A stretch of DNA of 23,805 nucleotides. Source: Paraspadella gotoi (Eukaryota > Animalia > Chaetognatha). The notes under the pieces were generated by a model. The model saw nothing but the letters and a program-made list of their open reading frames with translations. It was not told where the DNA came from and did no database searches. Shown here piece after piece: positions 10,933 to 21,036 of the stretch; within the stretch, counting starts at the first letter, position 1, and every line of letters begins with the position of its first letter. Where the stretch lies: NCBI GenBank assembly GCA_051294375.1, contig JBJCIZ010001266.1, positions 1 to 23,805 of the forward strand, given 5' to 3'. The translations under genes and the position numbers were made by a program.

Positions 10933-11495
10933 AGATCAATCAATCAATCAATCAAGAGATGAGAGAGAGAAACTTAAAAAAATTCAAATAAATTGTGTCC
11001 TTTTGGTTTTCTATTTTTGAACTCTTTCCACTACCTACGATTCCATTCCAAAAATTTTTATCCAGCTTTATCACATACTTCCTCCCACACACAAAATTCA
11101 ATTTTCGATTTATCTATCAAACAATTTTTAATAAACAAATAATTATGAGTAATTTAAGTAAAAATACTTCAAGTAAATATGACTTTTGTTTTTCCATTTA
11201 ACTCATCTTCCACTCGCACGATTCCATCGAAACTTTATATCGGTCTCAATCACACACTTTCCTCCATCATAACAAAATTTCAAGTCAATTCATTATCCAC
11301 TTGCATGGACCAATTGTGCGTTCCAAATACGTGAAATATATTTTGTTTTTGTCCATTTAAACCAATTTCCACTCGCACGATTCCCTCACAACTTCATATT
11401 ACCCATCTCAATCACCACAGTTTGCCACCCACACACAAAATTTCATACCAATCCATCCATCCAATCACGCGGCTAATTGGAGTTTTTGCTAAGGT

Positions 11496-11636
11496 GGGAC
11501 GGACGGACGACGACGGAACGGAACGGCAACGGTACGACGGGCACCACGGAACGGACGACGGACGCGACGGACGCGGACGGACGGACGGACTAACGGCGAC
11601 GGTACGGTTACGCGACAGACAGACGGACGGACACGG
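11496..11636. repeat. (GACG/GGAC/GACA)n tetranucleotide-like microsatellite
   Basis: GGACGGACGGACGACGACGG...GACAGACAGACGGACGGAC, which reads as (GTCY)n on the minus strand, as in DINE-1. Confidence 0.85.
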
Positions 11637-11754
11637 AACATTCATTTTTTTCTGGCATAATTTATTCATTAATCGGATGTTCCTGCACATGATTATAAGT
11701 GCTGTGCCACAACTATTGGAGGCGGCGGAACGACGGACCGAAAAGTGATTATAG

Positions 11755-11787
11755 AGTCGGGATCTGCTGATAAGCCAGATCCCGACT
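11755..11787. other. terminal hairpin of the putative HINE (12-bp perfect stem, 9-nt loop)
   Basis: AGTCGGGATCTG (11755-11766) and CAGATCCCGACT (11776-11787) are exact reverse complements, followed by AAAAA. Confidence 0.9.
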
Positions 11788-11929
11788 AAAAAGAAATTGT
11801 AGCTCAATTGTGAATGCTGAGCGTCAAGAAAATGTGTTCAGGTGCGTGGACGCCACAGTCACAACTGGGGAAGGAAGTTGTTTGGAAAGGGTTAAAGTGG
11901 TTTTTTGTCATTGGCCGCTAAATGGGGTA

Positions 11930-12007
11930 CAGAGAAGAGAGAGGAGAGGGGAGAGGGAGGGAGAGAGAAGGAGAGAGGGGAAGAGGAGAGGGGAGAAGGA
12001 GAGGAGA
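11930..12007. repeat. GA/GGA-rich purine tract
   Basis: Purine-only degenerate GA repeat. Confidence 0.8.
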
Positions 12008-12587
12008 TATGCGCAAAAGTTTGATTTACGAGGAAATCAATAGCGTTAATTATATTTAACTACCTATAAGCGGACTATTAATTATGGTTTAAACGAAAAC
12101 AATGCAAGTACAGTCATTTGTTTTGTCCGTTGATCGAACACGAGTATGAAAAGACTATGAATTTAATCTAAATCTTATTTCTAAATAATTATTTTGACTT
12201 GTCAAAAATAGCTTCTTCTAATTGATCTTCTCAACTTAATCATAATATGTTATTTTCTGATTACTCCAAATTTCACAAACTGCATTCAATTAAACGTGAA
12301 ATGAAATAAAAATGGAAAATTCTTGTTAAGGAATTCCAGCAGTCAACATCTCCCTCTCCTACTTTTCTTCGTCTCCACCGTTTCCACTTTTTTTCCTTTC
12401 GCCGCCAGAAAAAAAAACCGTGTGGAAATGTTGTTAAATCAGTCTTCCGGACCATAGCGAGCGACGACGACGGCATGAGCGACGACGACCGACAGACTGC
12501 AACGACGAAAATGACGATCGCAGCATTCTCGGGAAAGGTTAAATGCGTTGGCGCTAAGGATTACTGAAATCGGAACATTTTTACCGT

Positions 12588-12614
12588 TTCTCTCTTCTCT
12601 CTCTTCCTCTCTCT

Positions 12615-12666
<52 letters not shown>

Positions 12667-12682
12667 TCTCTCTCTCTCTCTC
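12588..12682. repeat. (CT)n microsatellite
   Basis: ~95 bp CT run. Confidence 0.92.
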
Positions 12683-12924
12683 ACTCTCCTCAATGGCGCC
12701 CGTTCCGCGACGGCGCTGAGGGAGTGAACAATAAAAACGATATTGGTGATATAATATTTTTAATTTAGTACGATCGTCCGTTTTTGACAACGGGGCGTCA
12801 CGCAAAATTGCCGCTTAAAAAAGGAGAGAAAGTAAAAATTTCGACGAGGGAAAAAAGTAAAAAATGGCGAAGGGGCGAGGAAAGAGAAAAGGAAAAAGAA
12901 AAACGGAATATGGGCCTAAAAATA

Positions 12925-13104
12925 TAAAAAGAGAGAAAGAAAGAAGGAACAGATAGAAGAAGAAGAAAAAAGAAAGAAAAAAGAAAGAGAAGAAAAAAAA
13001 GAAAGAACAACCAAGAAAAAGAAAGAAAAAGAAAGAAAGAAAGAAAAAGAAAGATAAATAAAAATAAAAAAGAAAGGAAAAGAAAGAAGAAAAAAAAAAA
13101 AAGA
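12925..13104. repeat. A-rich (GAAA/GAAAAA)n low-complexity tract
   Basis: Nearly pure A/G; produces spurious Phe-rich ORFs on the minus strand. Confidence 0.85.
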
Positions 13105-13160
13105 ATGGCATAGAAAAATGCGCCATCGGTTCAAAAAGAATCCAATTGAAATCAGATTTC

Positions 13161-13258
13161 CTCTCTCTCTCTCTCTCTCTCCTCTCTCCATCTCTCTCCT
13201 CTCTCTACTCTCTCTCTCTCATCTCTTCTCTCTCTCTCCTTCTCCTTTCTCTCTCTCT
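13161..13258. repeat. imperfect (CT)n microsatellite
   Basis: ~100 bp CT run. Confidence 0.88.
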
Positions 13259-13759
13259 TCCGGCCTTGGCCAGAGCTCAAAAGGAGACGAAAGACAACAA
13301 AAATTAGTCCGTCTTCGCTCCTCTTCTTGGCGCAGCTTGATTCCTGTCTACCGAGAGAGGGATTGTAGAAAGCGAGAGACAGAGACAAGAAGACAGTGAT
13401 TGAGAAGAATAACTCCGGTCAATCGATTCGAGTTCTCACCTCGCCTCACCGATTCCCGAAGGAGAAGCGCAGCTGACCAAAGGAGGATCGCCTATCTTGA
13501 TCCTTGAACCCAGATTCGTAACAAAGAGATGTCGCCTTTCATCGTACTCTTCCGCTTAAATTTTCCGATGGCAACACGAGAATTGCGGGCCACTTTTACG
13601 GTGTTTTTTAACTCGTGGCTGAACTAAGAATTTGATTGAGCTGAGTCGAGCGACGTCGCCTTACCTGTGTTTTGATCTTTGCTGGACAGACTGTTATGGA
13701 GGTGTTTTTTTTGCGTGAGAAGGGGTTGTCGTATCTTTAAGGAAGGATAAAGCAAGATA

Positions 13760-13893
13760 GAAGGAAGGAAGGAAGGAGGAAGGAAGGACAGGAATGAATT
13801 GAATGAATGAATGAATGAATGACATGAATGATATGAATGAAGAATGAATAATGAATTTAGGAATGATAAGAATGAATGAAATGAATGAATGAA
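13760..13893. repeat. compound (GAAG)n-(GAAT)n microsatellite
   Basis: GAAGGAAGGAAGG at 13760-13787, then imperfect GAATGAATGAAT to 13893. Confidence 0.85.
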
Positions 13894-14734
13894 TGGAGGA
13901 AAAGCTGATAAGAAATGAGAAAACGAACGAGACGGAAAATACGAAAAAAACCAACTAATTCCTTGGTCGATATTGAGCGATTTCTACGTAATGTATATAG
14001 AATTCTACAAATCTATGTTATTCAATTTTATTTCAACGCCAGCGACGAAAGATCAATGAATAAAACACGAATTTAAATTAAAGCGATTCCGAAAACGCGA
14101 AATAGAGCCGGATCACTCCATCCCCGATTCTGGACCATGAAATTTAATACGAAAATCGACCGCGAGTCGCGACTCCCGATCTCGGAACGACTTTCGTCCA
14201 AAAGCCTTCAATTCCCCCCCCTCGTTTTGCTCCTTTTTAACCCTTGTAGTCTCTGCCTTGGCGCTATTGTGGACTTACTTCGTCAATGAGGTTAATAAGT
14301 TTTTAAGACTTTTAAATTATACCATCATGAATTTTCACACATAAAGACGCTACCATTCACCAATTCGTCGCGCTCGCGTGATGATGGTGAAACAGTTCCG
14401 CAAATAGCGCCAAAATAGTTCAACAGTCCTTAAGCAGGTTTACTATAATATGAACACGATTTTTATTCATCTTCTTTTGTTTACCATTTTGTAAAACTTC
14501 TATAAACCTATATTAGGTAGATGTAACAAAAATACAAGTTCGTACGTAATTTTATTCCCTGCCCCACAGCAGATGCGGCTTTTTGAGGTTGAGCCTCCAC
14601 ATTTAAAACGCTGACGCGATTTTCTTTCAGCGAATTCGCGATGAGGACCTCAAGATCAGATATCCTTCCTTTGCTCATCTCCTCCTTCCTTTTCTGATTG
14701 GTTATCTTTCCTCATTCATTTTGGCGATGTCCTA

Positions 14735-14831
14735 CCTCCTCTCCCTCTCTCTCTATCCTCTCCTCATCTTTATCTAGATCTAACTCGTAACTCTCTCTCT
14801 CCTCCTCTCTTCTCTCCTTCTCTCCCTTTTT

Positions 14832-14872
<41 letters not shown>

Positions 14873-14902
14873 TCTCTCTCTTCTCTCTCTCTCTCTCTCT
14901 CT
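14735..14902. repeat. imperfect (CT)n microsatellite
   Basis: CT-rich, purest at 14835-14902. Confidence 0.88.
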
Positions 14903-15109
14903 TTAATCCCAAAAAAAGTTCTCCTAATCCCCGCCTCTCTCACCCGCTTCGGGGCAGCTCGCGAGATTCGATCCTAAAATAAGAAGACGACGCTTCATGT
15001 CCGTTCTTCTGTACAGAACAAAAATAAAATATTCCTAAACTGAAATATGCAAAATGAGATTGGGACCTCATTCTCCCCGAACGAGATTGAAAAAATCTCT
15101 CGTTCCTCG

Positions 15110-15110
15110 T

Positions 15111-15181
<71 letters not shown>

Positions 15182-15191
15182 TCTCTCTCTC
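15110..15191. repeat. near-perfect (CT)n microsatellite
   Basis: ~80 bp CT run. Confidence 0.93.
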
Positions 15192-16073
15192 CGTCGAGAA
15201 GCGGAGAAAGATGATCAGCCTTTCGAGTCACGTGTTAGGGGAAAATGCCGAGGGGCAGGAGAGGGGGAGGAGCTAAAAAGGGAGAGGGTAGGGACGCGTG
15301 GGAGAGAGGGGCAGGAATGTGGGGGAGAGTGATTGGACGATGGAAGAGACGCGCCCCATTGCGTTAGAAGAAACGCCACTCCGAAGCGCAAAACGCCGAG
15401 AAAAGATATGAGGGCCTCGATGGCAAAAATCGGAGAAAGTGCCATGAATGCAGGAATGGCCTGAGAATGCAAGCGATTGAATGATTAAAGTAACTGTTTT
15501 TTTTTTATTTAAAATATATTTTAAACTTTAAATCTCTAATTCTTAATATCTAAATTTGGAATCGGAATCAATATTTTCAAAATCACCCTACGAAAACATT
15601 TGCGATTCCAAGTATTTATTCTTACGTTTAAATTGGAATTTTTCGCCCTCCACATCCGGCCTCCGCATGCGGGCTCACTTCGCGGCGACGGTAACGGACC
15701 ACGAACCGAACTCTTGGGGCCGCGCAAGGTCGTTCGGACAGCGCGGATTCCTGCCTCGAATTTCCGTTAATTCGTCGCCACGAAAACATTCAATTTAAAT
15801 CCGAGACGCAGCGCGAATGTTCGAACAACTTTCTCACACTCCATTCTCGGGTCAAGTTGTCACGGCTGCACCGCTGGATATAGCGCCGATCTGTTACGCC
15901 GGAGAACCGGTTCAATCGGCGCCGGACATGCTCCACGACGCGCGACGTCACACGTGGCCGACGGCGTCACAGTTTTCCCGTCGCGTCATACGTCAAATTA
16001 TTAAAGGAAGAAATGAAGATATTCACTACGACGGAGGATCGAGACGTAAATGTGGCCAATCCGCGTGAAATAT

Positions 16074-16152
16074 GGAGAGAGAGGACTGAGAGAGAGAGGA
16101 GCAGAGGAGAGAGAGAGAGAGAGGAGACGCAGAGAGAGAAAACGAGAGAGAG
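16074..16152. repeat. imperfect (GA)n microsatellite
   Basis: GA run with interruptions. Confidence 0.82.
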
Positions 16153-16446
16153 CCCCGGTATCGCGTCGCCCCAGACTGTGCGTGCTGAGCAAAGAATAAC
16201 AAAAACCGCGGAGAGTCGCATGCATTATTTTTCCATAAACAAATGGTGTCTGTACGCGGCGAGGAAAGAGGTTGGCGTTTGTGGTTCTTAAGGTTGTGAC
16301 GGGTCTGGAATCTTTTGATAGCGTTAGGACAGAGATGGAACCGTCATTTTACCGCGTTTGGTGGCTCTCCGCCTGAATTCCAGACTCTCGAGGGACGATT
16401 GTCAGTCGAGAGGCACTCGGTTTTTCCTTGCGACTCGATGATCAGC

Positions 16447-16538
16447 TCCTCTCCTCTCTCTTCTCTCTCTTCTATCTCATCCTCTCTCTCTTCCTCTCCT
16501 CTCTCTGCTCTCTCTCTCATCTCTTCTCTCTCTCTCTC
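16447..16538. repeat. imperfect (CT)n microsatellite
   Basis: ~90 bp CT run. Confidence 0.85.
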
Positions 16539-16750
16539 GCAGTAAAACAACGAGCACGCCGCATAGATCCAGTTGCCGCACGACGGAGCGCGTGAGTGGC
16601 GATTAAGCGATAGGAGGAATATAAAAAACGAATCGGAACTTCGGACAGGCGTCGTTGTTGTTGTGATAAGTTTTGTTTAAAGGAGATCGATTTATGAATG
16701 AATTTGCTATGATGACTCGCTACTGATCGGATAAGACGTGATTAGATGAG

Positions 16751-16815
16751 ATGAATGAATGAATGAATGAATGAATGAATGAATGAATGAATGTATGAAA
16801 TAATGAATGAATGAA
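16751..16815. repeat. (ATGA)n microsatellite
   Basis: Perfect ATGA repeats 16751-16793, degenerate to 16815. Confidence 0.92.
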
Positions 16816-18452
16816 ATCAGTCAAATATAACTCACGTGAAGAAAAGAATTTATTGCATCATCAGTATTAACATTTGACGTTCGAACATCCCCTGAAGAAA
16901 TGAGTATTTTTTACAACTATCTATAAATATCCCCACCCGCGCGCTTGGACGCATGTCACCTCATCGAACGTCCATCTCTCGCAACGCTTCTCGTTTAGTC
17001 CCGGCGAAGAGAGGAAACAAAGCCAATAAAAAACATAATGTCCTCTTTCTCCTCCACACCCCATATTGACCTCCCTCTTCACCACCGCCTCCTCCCTTCA
17101 CCTCGGGCCCCTCCTCCTTTTTTTTATGCCTCATCGACTTTTTTTTCGGTCCTGCGGGGGCGAAGTCGATCGTCAGGGGTCAACCCCGCGGGGTCAGCCC
17201 GAGGGGCGTCGTCGGTCACCCGTGAAGGTTCGAGCTGCTACCGGTTCGGTAGTGCGGTGAACCGGTGCGACGCTAGACATTGAACCTCGTCCGAAAGCCG
17301 GTCGGGGGCTTTGGGGGGTTGTGAAGGGGTGGTCGGGGTAGGTGTGAGTGAGGTGGGCAAGAAGGTGGCTGGGAAAAGGTTTATGATTATGAAGCGGAGA
17401 GAAAGAAAATGGCCTTTGTGTGATTGTGGAACTGCCTCGCTTTTGATTTTTAAGTTGCCATTCATTAAATATTTAATGTACTACATTTCGATGGTAATCT
17501 TCGAATCTTATTTATACGAAAACTGTTTTAATTGTTTGAAATTTAATTCCATGTTTTTAGACTATAAACCTGCATGTTCGAGAAAACGGCGAACAAGAGA
17601 CGAATTAAAATAAAAGGAAAACAAATACGTTGAAGTCGCGTTAATGGCGAGCTGAGGGCACGAGGGCACACTACAAAGTGTCGACGACGACGAACGACGA
17701 CCAATACGGACGACTACGGACCAGTGGCCGAAGAATGGTGACAATTCAGCGCTGACGGGGGCGGAGCGGATGTGGGGAAGAGGCTTGGGGGGTCGAACGA
17801 ACTGGCAGAGGAGGCGGATAAAAAAAGGACGATTACGCAGAGCATAATGTAGCGTAAATAGCGGGCGGAGCTGAGGTGGCGAATGAGGCGCGGATCTATC
17901 GTGTGAGTGGTGGTGTTGTGGTCGTTGTGGTGGTGTATGCGGCTTAAAACGACCGGGGTGTGGCTTTATCGCAGAAGGAGGTCTTAAGCAGAGTGGGCGT
18001 GGCGAAAAGGAGAGAGAGAAAAAGAATTAATACGTCACGAAGGAGTTTGTAATTATTGCGCGACGACGAAGGATCGAGAGTGAGCGATTCACGTCTTTCA
18101 GTCTATGTCCGTCGTCGTCAGTCGTTCGTGAGTCGTCGTCGTTAGGAACTTTGTTTTTCAGAGATGAATACATAGGAGGTGAAGAATAAGAATGTAAATT
18201 ACAATTTAGTAGCGCGAGTTGCAGTGGCATCTGTGAAAAACGTGAAACGTATAACACGATTAATTTTTTATTAGAAAAACAACGAATGACATGAGGACGA
18301 AGAATTTTGACAAGAATTGAATATCCTCTGATCCTCAAATCTCAGTCTCTGCTATCTCTCTTTACCCGCGATCGCTTTGCCTTCTCTTTTCCACTGCTAT
18401 ACAGGACTCCCTCTTTTCCTCAATCTTCCCCTCTCCCCCCACTTTCTCCCCA

Positions 18453-18532
18453 TCCTCTCTCTCTCCTCTCACTCTCCTCTCTCTCTCTTCTCCTCTCTCT
18501 CTCTCTCTCTCTCTCCTCTCGTCTCTCTCTTC
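18453..18532. repeat. imperfect (CT)n microsatellite
   Basis: ~80 bp CT run. Confidence 0.88.
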
Positions 18533-19052
18533 TCCCCACGCTCGCAAGCTTAGAAGAAATCGCGCTCGCTCAAACTGGAGGCCAGAAAAGAAATCTCCTT
18601 CCGGCGATCTACCGCGCCACGTCGCGTGTCACGTCTTGTCACCTTCTTGTACGGCTGGTGTAGCGAGGATCGCATTGTAAAGATGAGCACGACGACGACG
18701 ACCGACCGACCGACAGTGACGTCGACGTTATCTCTGTCTCAGCGGCGACTTCGACCGCCTCGGGCCAGGCGCGATAGTCTCCCATGCTCCGGGCCGGAAC
18801 CGGAAACGTCACGCCGCCTCGCTCGTCGTCTCGGGCTTTCCCGCGGCGATACCGCTGGTCGGCGTCGCCGCGGTAGCGTCACGCTCGTACCGCTCTGGCT
18901 TCACGCCGCGCGCTTCCGGGCGACGGAGCCACGTGGTCGTCCCTCGTCGGCGAATCGCGCTCGTTGACCGCGGTGAGATATTCACGGCGGAATGTTGCGG
19001 TAAAATTCGGTCGTAATCTCAAAATACTCGGCACGTTGACTATCCTGTTCTG

Positions 19053-19084
19053 TCTCTCTCTCTCTCTCTCTCTCTCTCCTCTCT

Positions 19085-19120
<36 letters not shown>

Positions 19121-19163
19121 CCTCTCTCTCTCTCTCTCGCTCCTACTCTCTCTCCTCTCTCTC
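19053..19163. repeat. imperfect (CT)n microsatellite
   Basis: ~110 bp CT run. Confidence 0.9.
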
Positions 19164-19709
19164 ATTCTTCCTCCTGTGTCCGTTCATCACGTGTCTCTAT
19201 TGTTGCATTATCTTTAGAATCACCAGATCAATTAATTTTCAGCCTCGTCCTCCAACAACTGATTCCATCGATCGACCTCACACAATCAATTTGTCTCAAA
19301 ACTTTAGCCAATTTACATCGATTTTATTCTAATCTATCACCGCTTCACAGTCTTCACTATCGTTATACTATCTTTATCTCTCCGGGCTGTCGGTCTCGGC
19401 CCCTACGGCTACCATTTCCCATTCACTGCCAAGAAAGAAACTCTCCTGCCTCTCTCACATCTTCCGGATTTCCCTTGATCTCGTTTGCCATCATTCATCC
19501 CTTTTGTCCGTCGCGCTATTTTGCCTCTGATGGCGTCTGACATACGATCTGTGTCGACACGTACGAACGCTATCTGCTCTTCCCCCAACTCTCTTTCGCC
19601 ATGCTCCCCCTCGAAGGCGGTTGAGAATCTTTTTCTGCCCCCATAAAAACCATTTCTGCTAGCGCCTACGAACTCAGGATCCTTTAATCGATTTATCTGC
19701 TCGGAACCA

Positions 19710-19753
19710 CTCTCCTCTTCTGCTCTCTCTCTCTCGTCTGCTCTCTCTCTCTC

Positions 19754-19798
<45 letters not shown>

Positions 19799-19814
19799 CT
19801 CTGCTCTCTCTTCT
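19710..19814. repeat. imperfect (CT)n microsatellite
   Basis: ~105 bp CT run. Confidence 0.88.
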
Positions 19815-20700
19815 CGCTTTACCTCCCACACTCGTGATTCCTTCCTCTCTCTCCACTCCCCAATTGACCGCCAGCCCGCGGCCTGATGGGTTAGCCAACC
19901 GAGACTCCCAACCCGAAGATCCGGTACAAGGCCCTAAAAAGTCCGGTTGTTTGTCGCCGTCGTCTCCCGTCGTTCGCTACACACCCGCGATACATCCTTT
20001 GTGCTACTCCACGATCTACTGTCATATGGTTTCACTCACTGCGATCAATAGTCATACATCGATTCCGAAACCCTTATATCCTGATAGTAAGATCTATTTT
20101 TGAATAGGCTGTGATCCTTCCCAAAATTGTCTCTAGGTGAAAACAGATGTCGCCATGGAAGTTCCGATGAAATACGTTCCTTTTAAAAACCAAACAACGA
20201 GTTTATGTGCGCGTGCACACATCCACATATCCTCTGTACATATCATCTATTGAAATCTATCTATCTCTTTCATCTCAAGCTACCCCAGAAAATCTATAAT
20301 ATCGACAGCCAAAATAAATTAAAAAATATTAAATGAAGAAAATTACAAAAACACAGTTATGAATCTACGTATCCTGTTATAGTCTTTGCATTTGTTGTTT
20401 GCAGAAGCTTTTAAATGTATATCATTTATATTATATTATAGGGGATAAAAACAATAGCGAATGAGTTTATTTTTGATCGCGTTTCATAATTAAATATTGT
20501 TTATTCTCAAGATATATTCACTATAACTGCAATTGCGTTCGAATCTCGACAGATTTCGTCGCTTTGAATAAAATTAAAATAGGAAAATGAAAGAAAAAAA
20601 GATAAATTATTGATTTCCTCGGCGAAACTGAAAATGTGTTTGAACCCAAAGAAAAGTGGAGGGCGGGTTACATGATGAGAGAGGAAAGAAAGGAAGAAAT

Positions 20701-20819
20701 NNNNNNNNNNNNNNNNNNNNNNNNNNNNNNNNNNNNNNNNNNNNNNNNNNNNNNNNNNNNNNNNNNNNNNNNNNNNNNNNNNNNNNNNNNNNNNNNNNNN
20801 NNNNNNNNNNNNNNNNNNN
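20701..20819. other. assembly gap (119 N)
   Basis: Run of 119 N. Confidence 0.99.
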
Positions 20820-20823
20820 ATAT

Positions 20824-20873
20824 GGAGAGAGAGAGAGAGGAGATAGAGAGAGAGAGAGATAAGATGGAGAGAG
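20824..20873. repeat. imperfect (GA)n microsatellite
   Basis: GA run right after the gap; counterpart of 4170-4240. Confidence 0.82.
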
Positions 20874-21011
20874 GGAAAAATAAAAGTAAAAAAAGGAGAA
20901 ATCCAGAATTCATGATGATGAGGAAATAATGAAGGCTCTTTCTGTCTGGCAGAGACTGGCTGAAGAGGGAAAGGAGGAAAAGAGGTTGAATGGAGAATCC
21001 GGTGGAGGAAC

Positions 21012-21036
21012 NNNNNNNNNNNNNNNNNNNNNNNNN
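21012..21036. other. assembly gap (25 N)
   Basis: Run of 25 N. Confidence 0.99.

Larger units (their letters stand above)
9185..11460 (+). repeat. array of ~8 diverged copies of a ~130 bp unit with variable spacers
   Basis: Approximate consensus TTCAAGTAAATGTGACTTATGTTTTTCCATTTAAACTCATTTCCACTCGCACGATTCCATCGAAACTTTATATCCAGCTTTATCACACATTTTCCTACCCACACACAAAATTTCATCTCAATC. Copies start near 9185 (partial), 9815, 9968, 10151, 10468, 10981, 11165 and 11323. Confidence 0.88.
8764..11792 (-). mobile_element. putative non-autonomous Helentron-associated element (HINE / DINE-1-like), ~3.0 kb
   Basis: On the minus strand it begins TTTTT-AGTCGGGATCTG-N9-CAGATCCCGACT-CTATA (perfect 12-bp stem), followed by a (GTCC/GTC)n microsatellite and internal tandem repeats. 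It ends with a degenerate copy of the stem arm (GCAGATCCAC), a small stem-loop (GTTTG-CT-CAAAC) and TTGTTTTT. This order matches the known DINE-1/HINE architecture. No coding capacity. The left boundary is less certain than the right. Confidence 0.68.

Noticed and set aside
9185-11460. Repeat-spacer pattern as a CRISPR-like array
   Set aside because: Units are ~130 bp (or 19 bp without unique spacers), diverged and irregularly spaced, with no cas genes and a eukaryotic context.
11755-11792. Hairpin plus A/T run as a rho-independent terminator
   Set aside because: The T-run precedes the hairpin on the minus strand rather than following it, and there is no upstream gene. The context fits a Helentron-type terminus.
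14164-14175. Perfect 12-bp palindrome GAGTCGCGACTC
   Set aside because: Isolated. A few palindromes of this length are expected by chance in 24 kb, and no other element hallmarks lie nearby.
17222-17245. GGTTCGAG as a Pol III B-box of a tRNA or SINE
   Set aside because: Incomplete B-box, no A-box at the right distance and no cloverleaf fold.
3680-20385. The ~16.6 kb offset as an rDNA or histone-cluster tandem unit
   Set aside because: No 18S/5.8S/28S/5S or histone sequence is recognisable, and the sequence flanking the two copies is not homologous.
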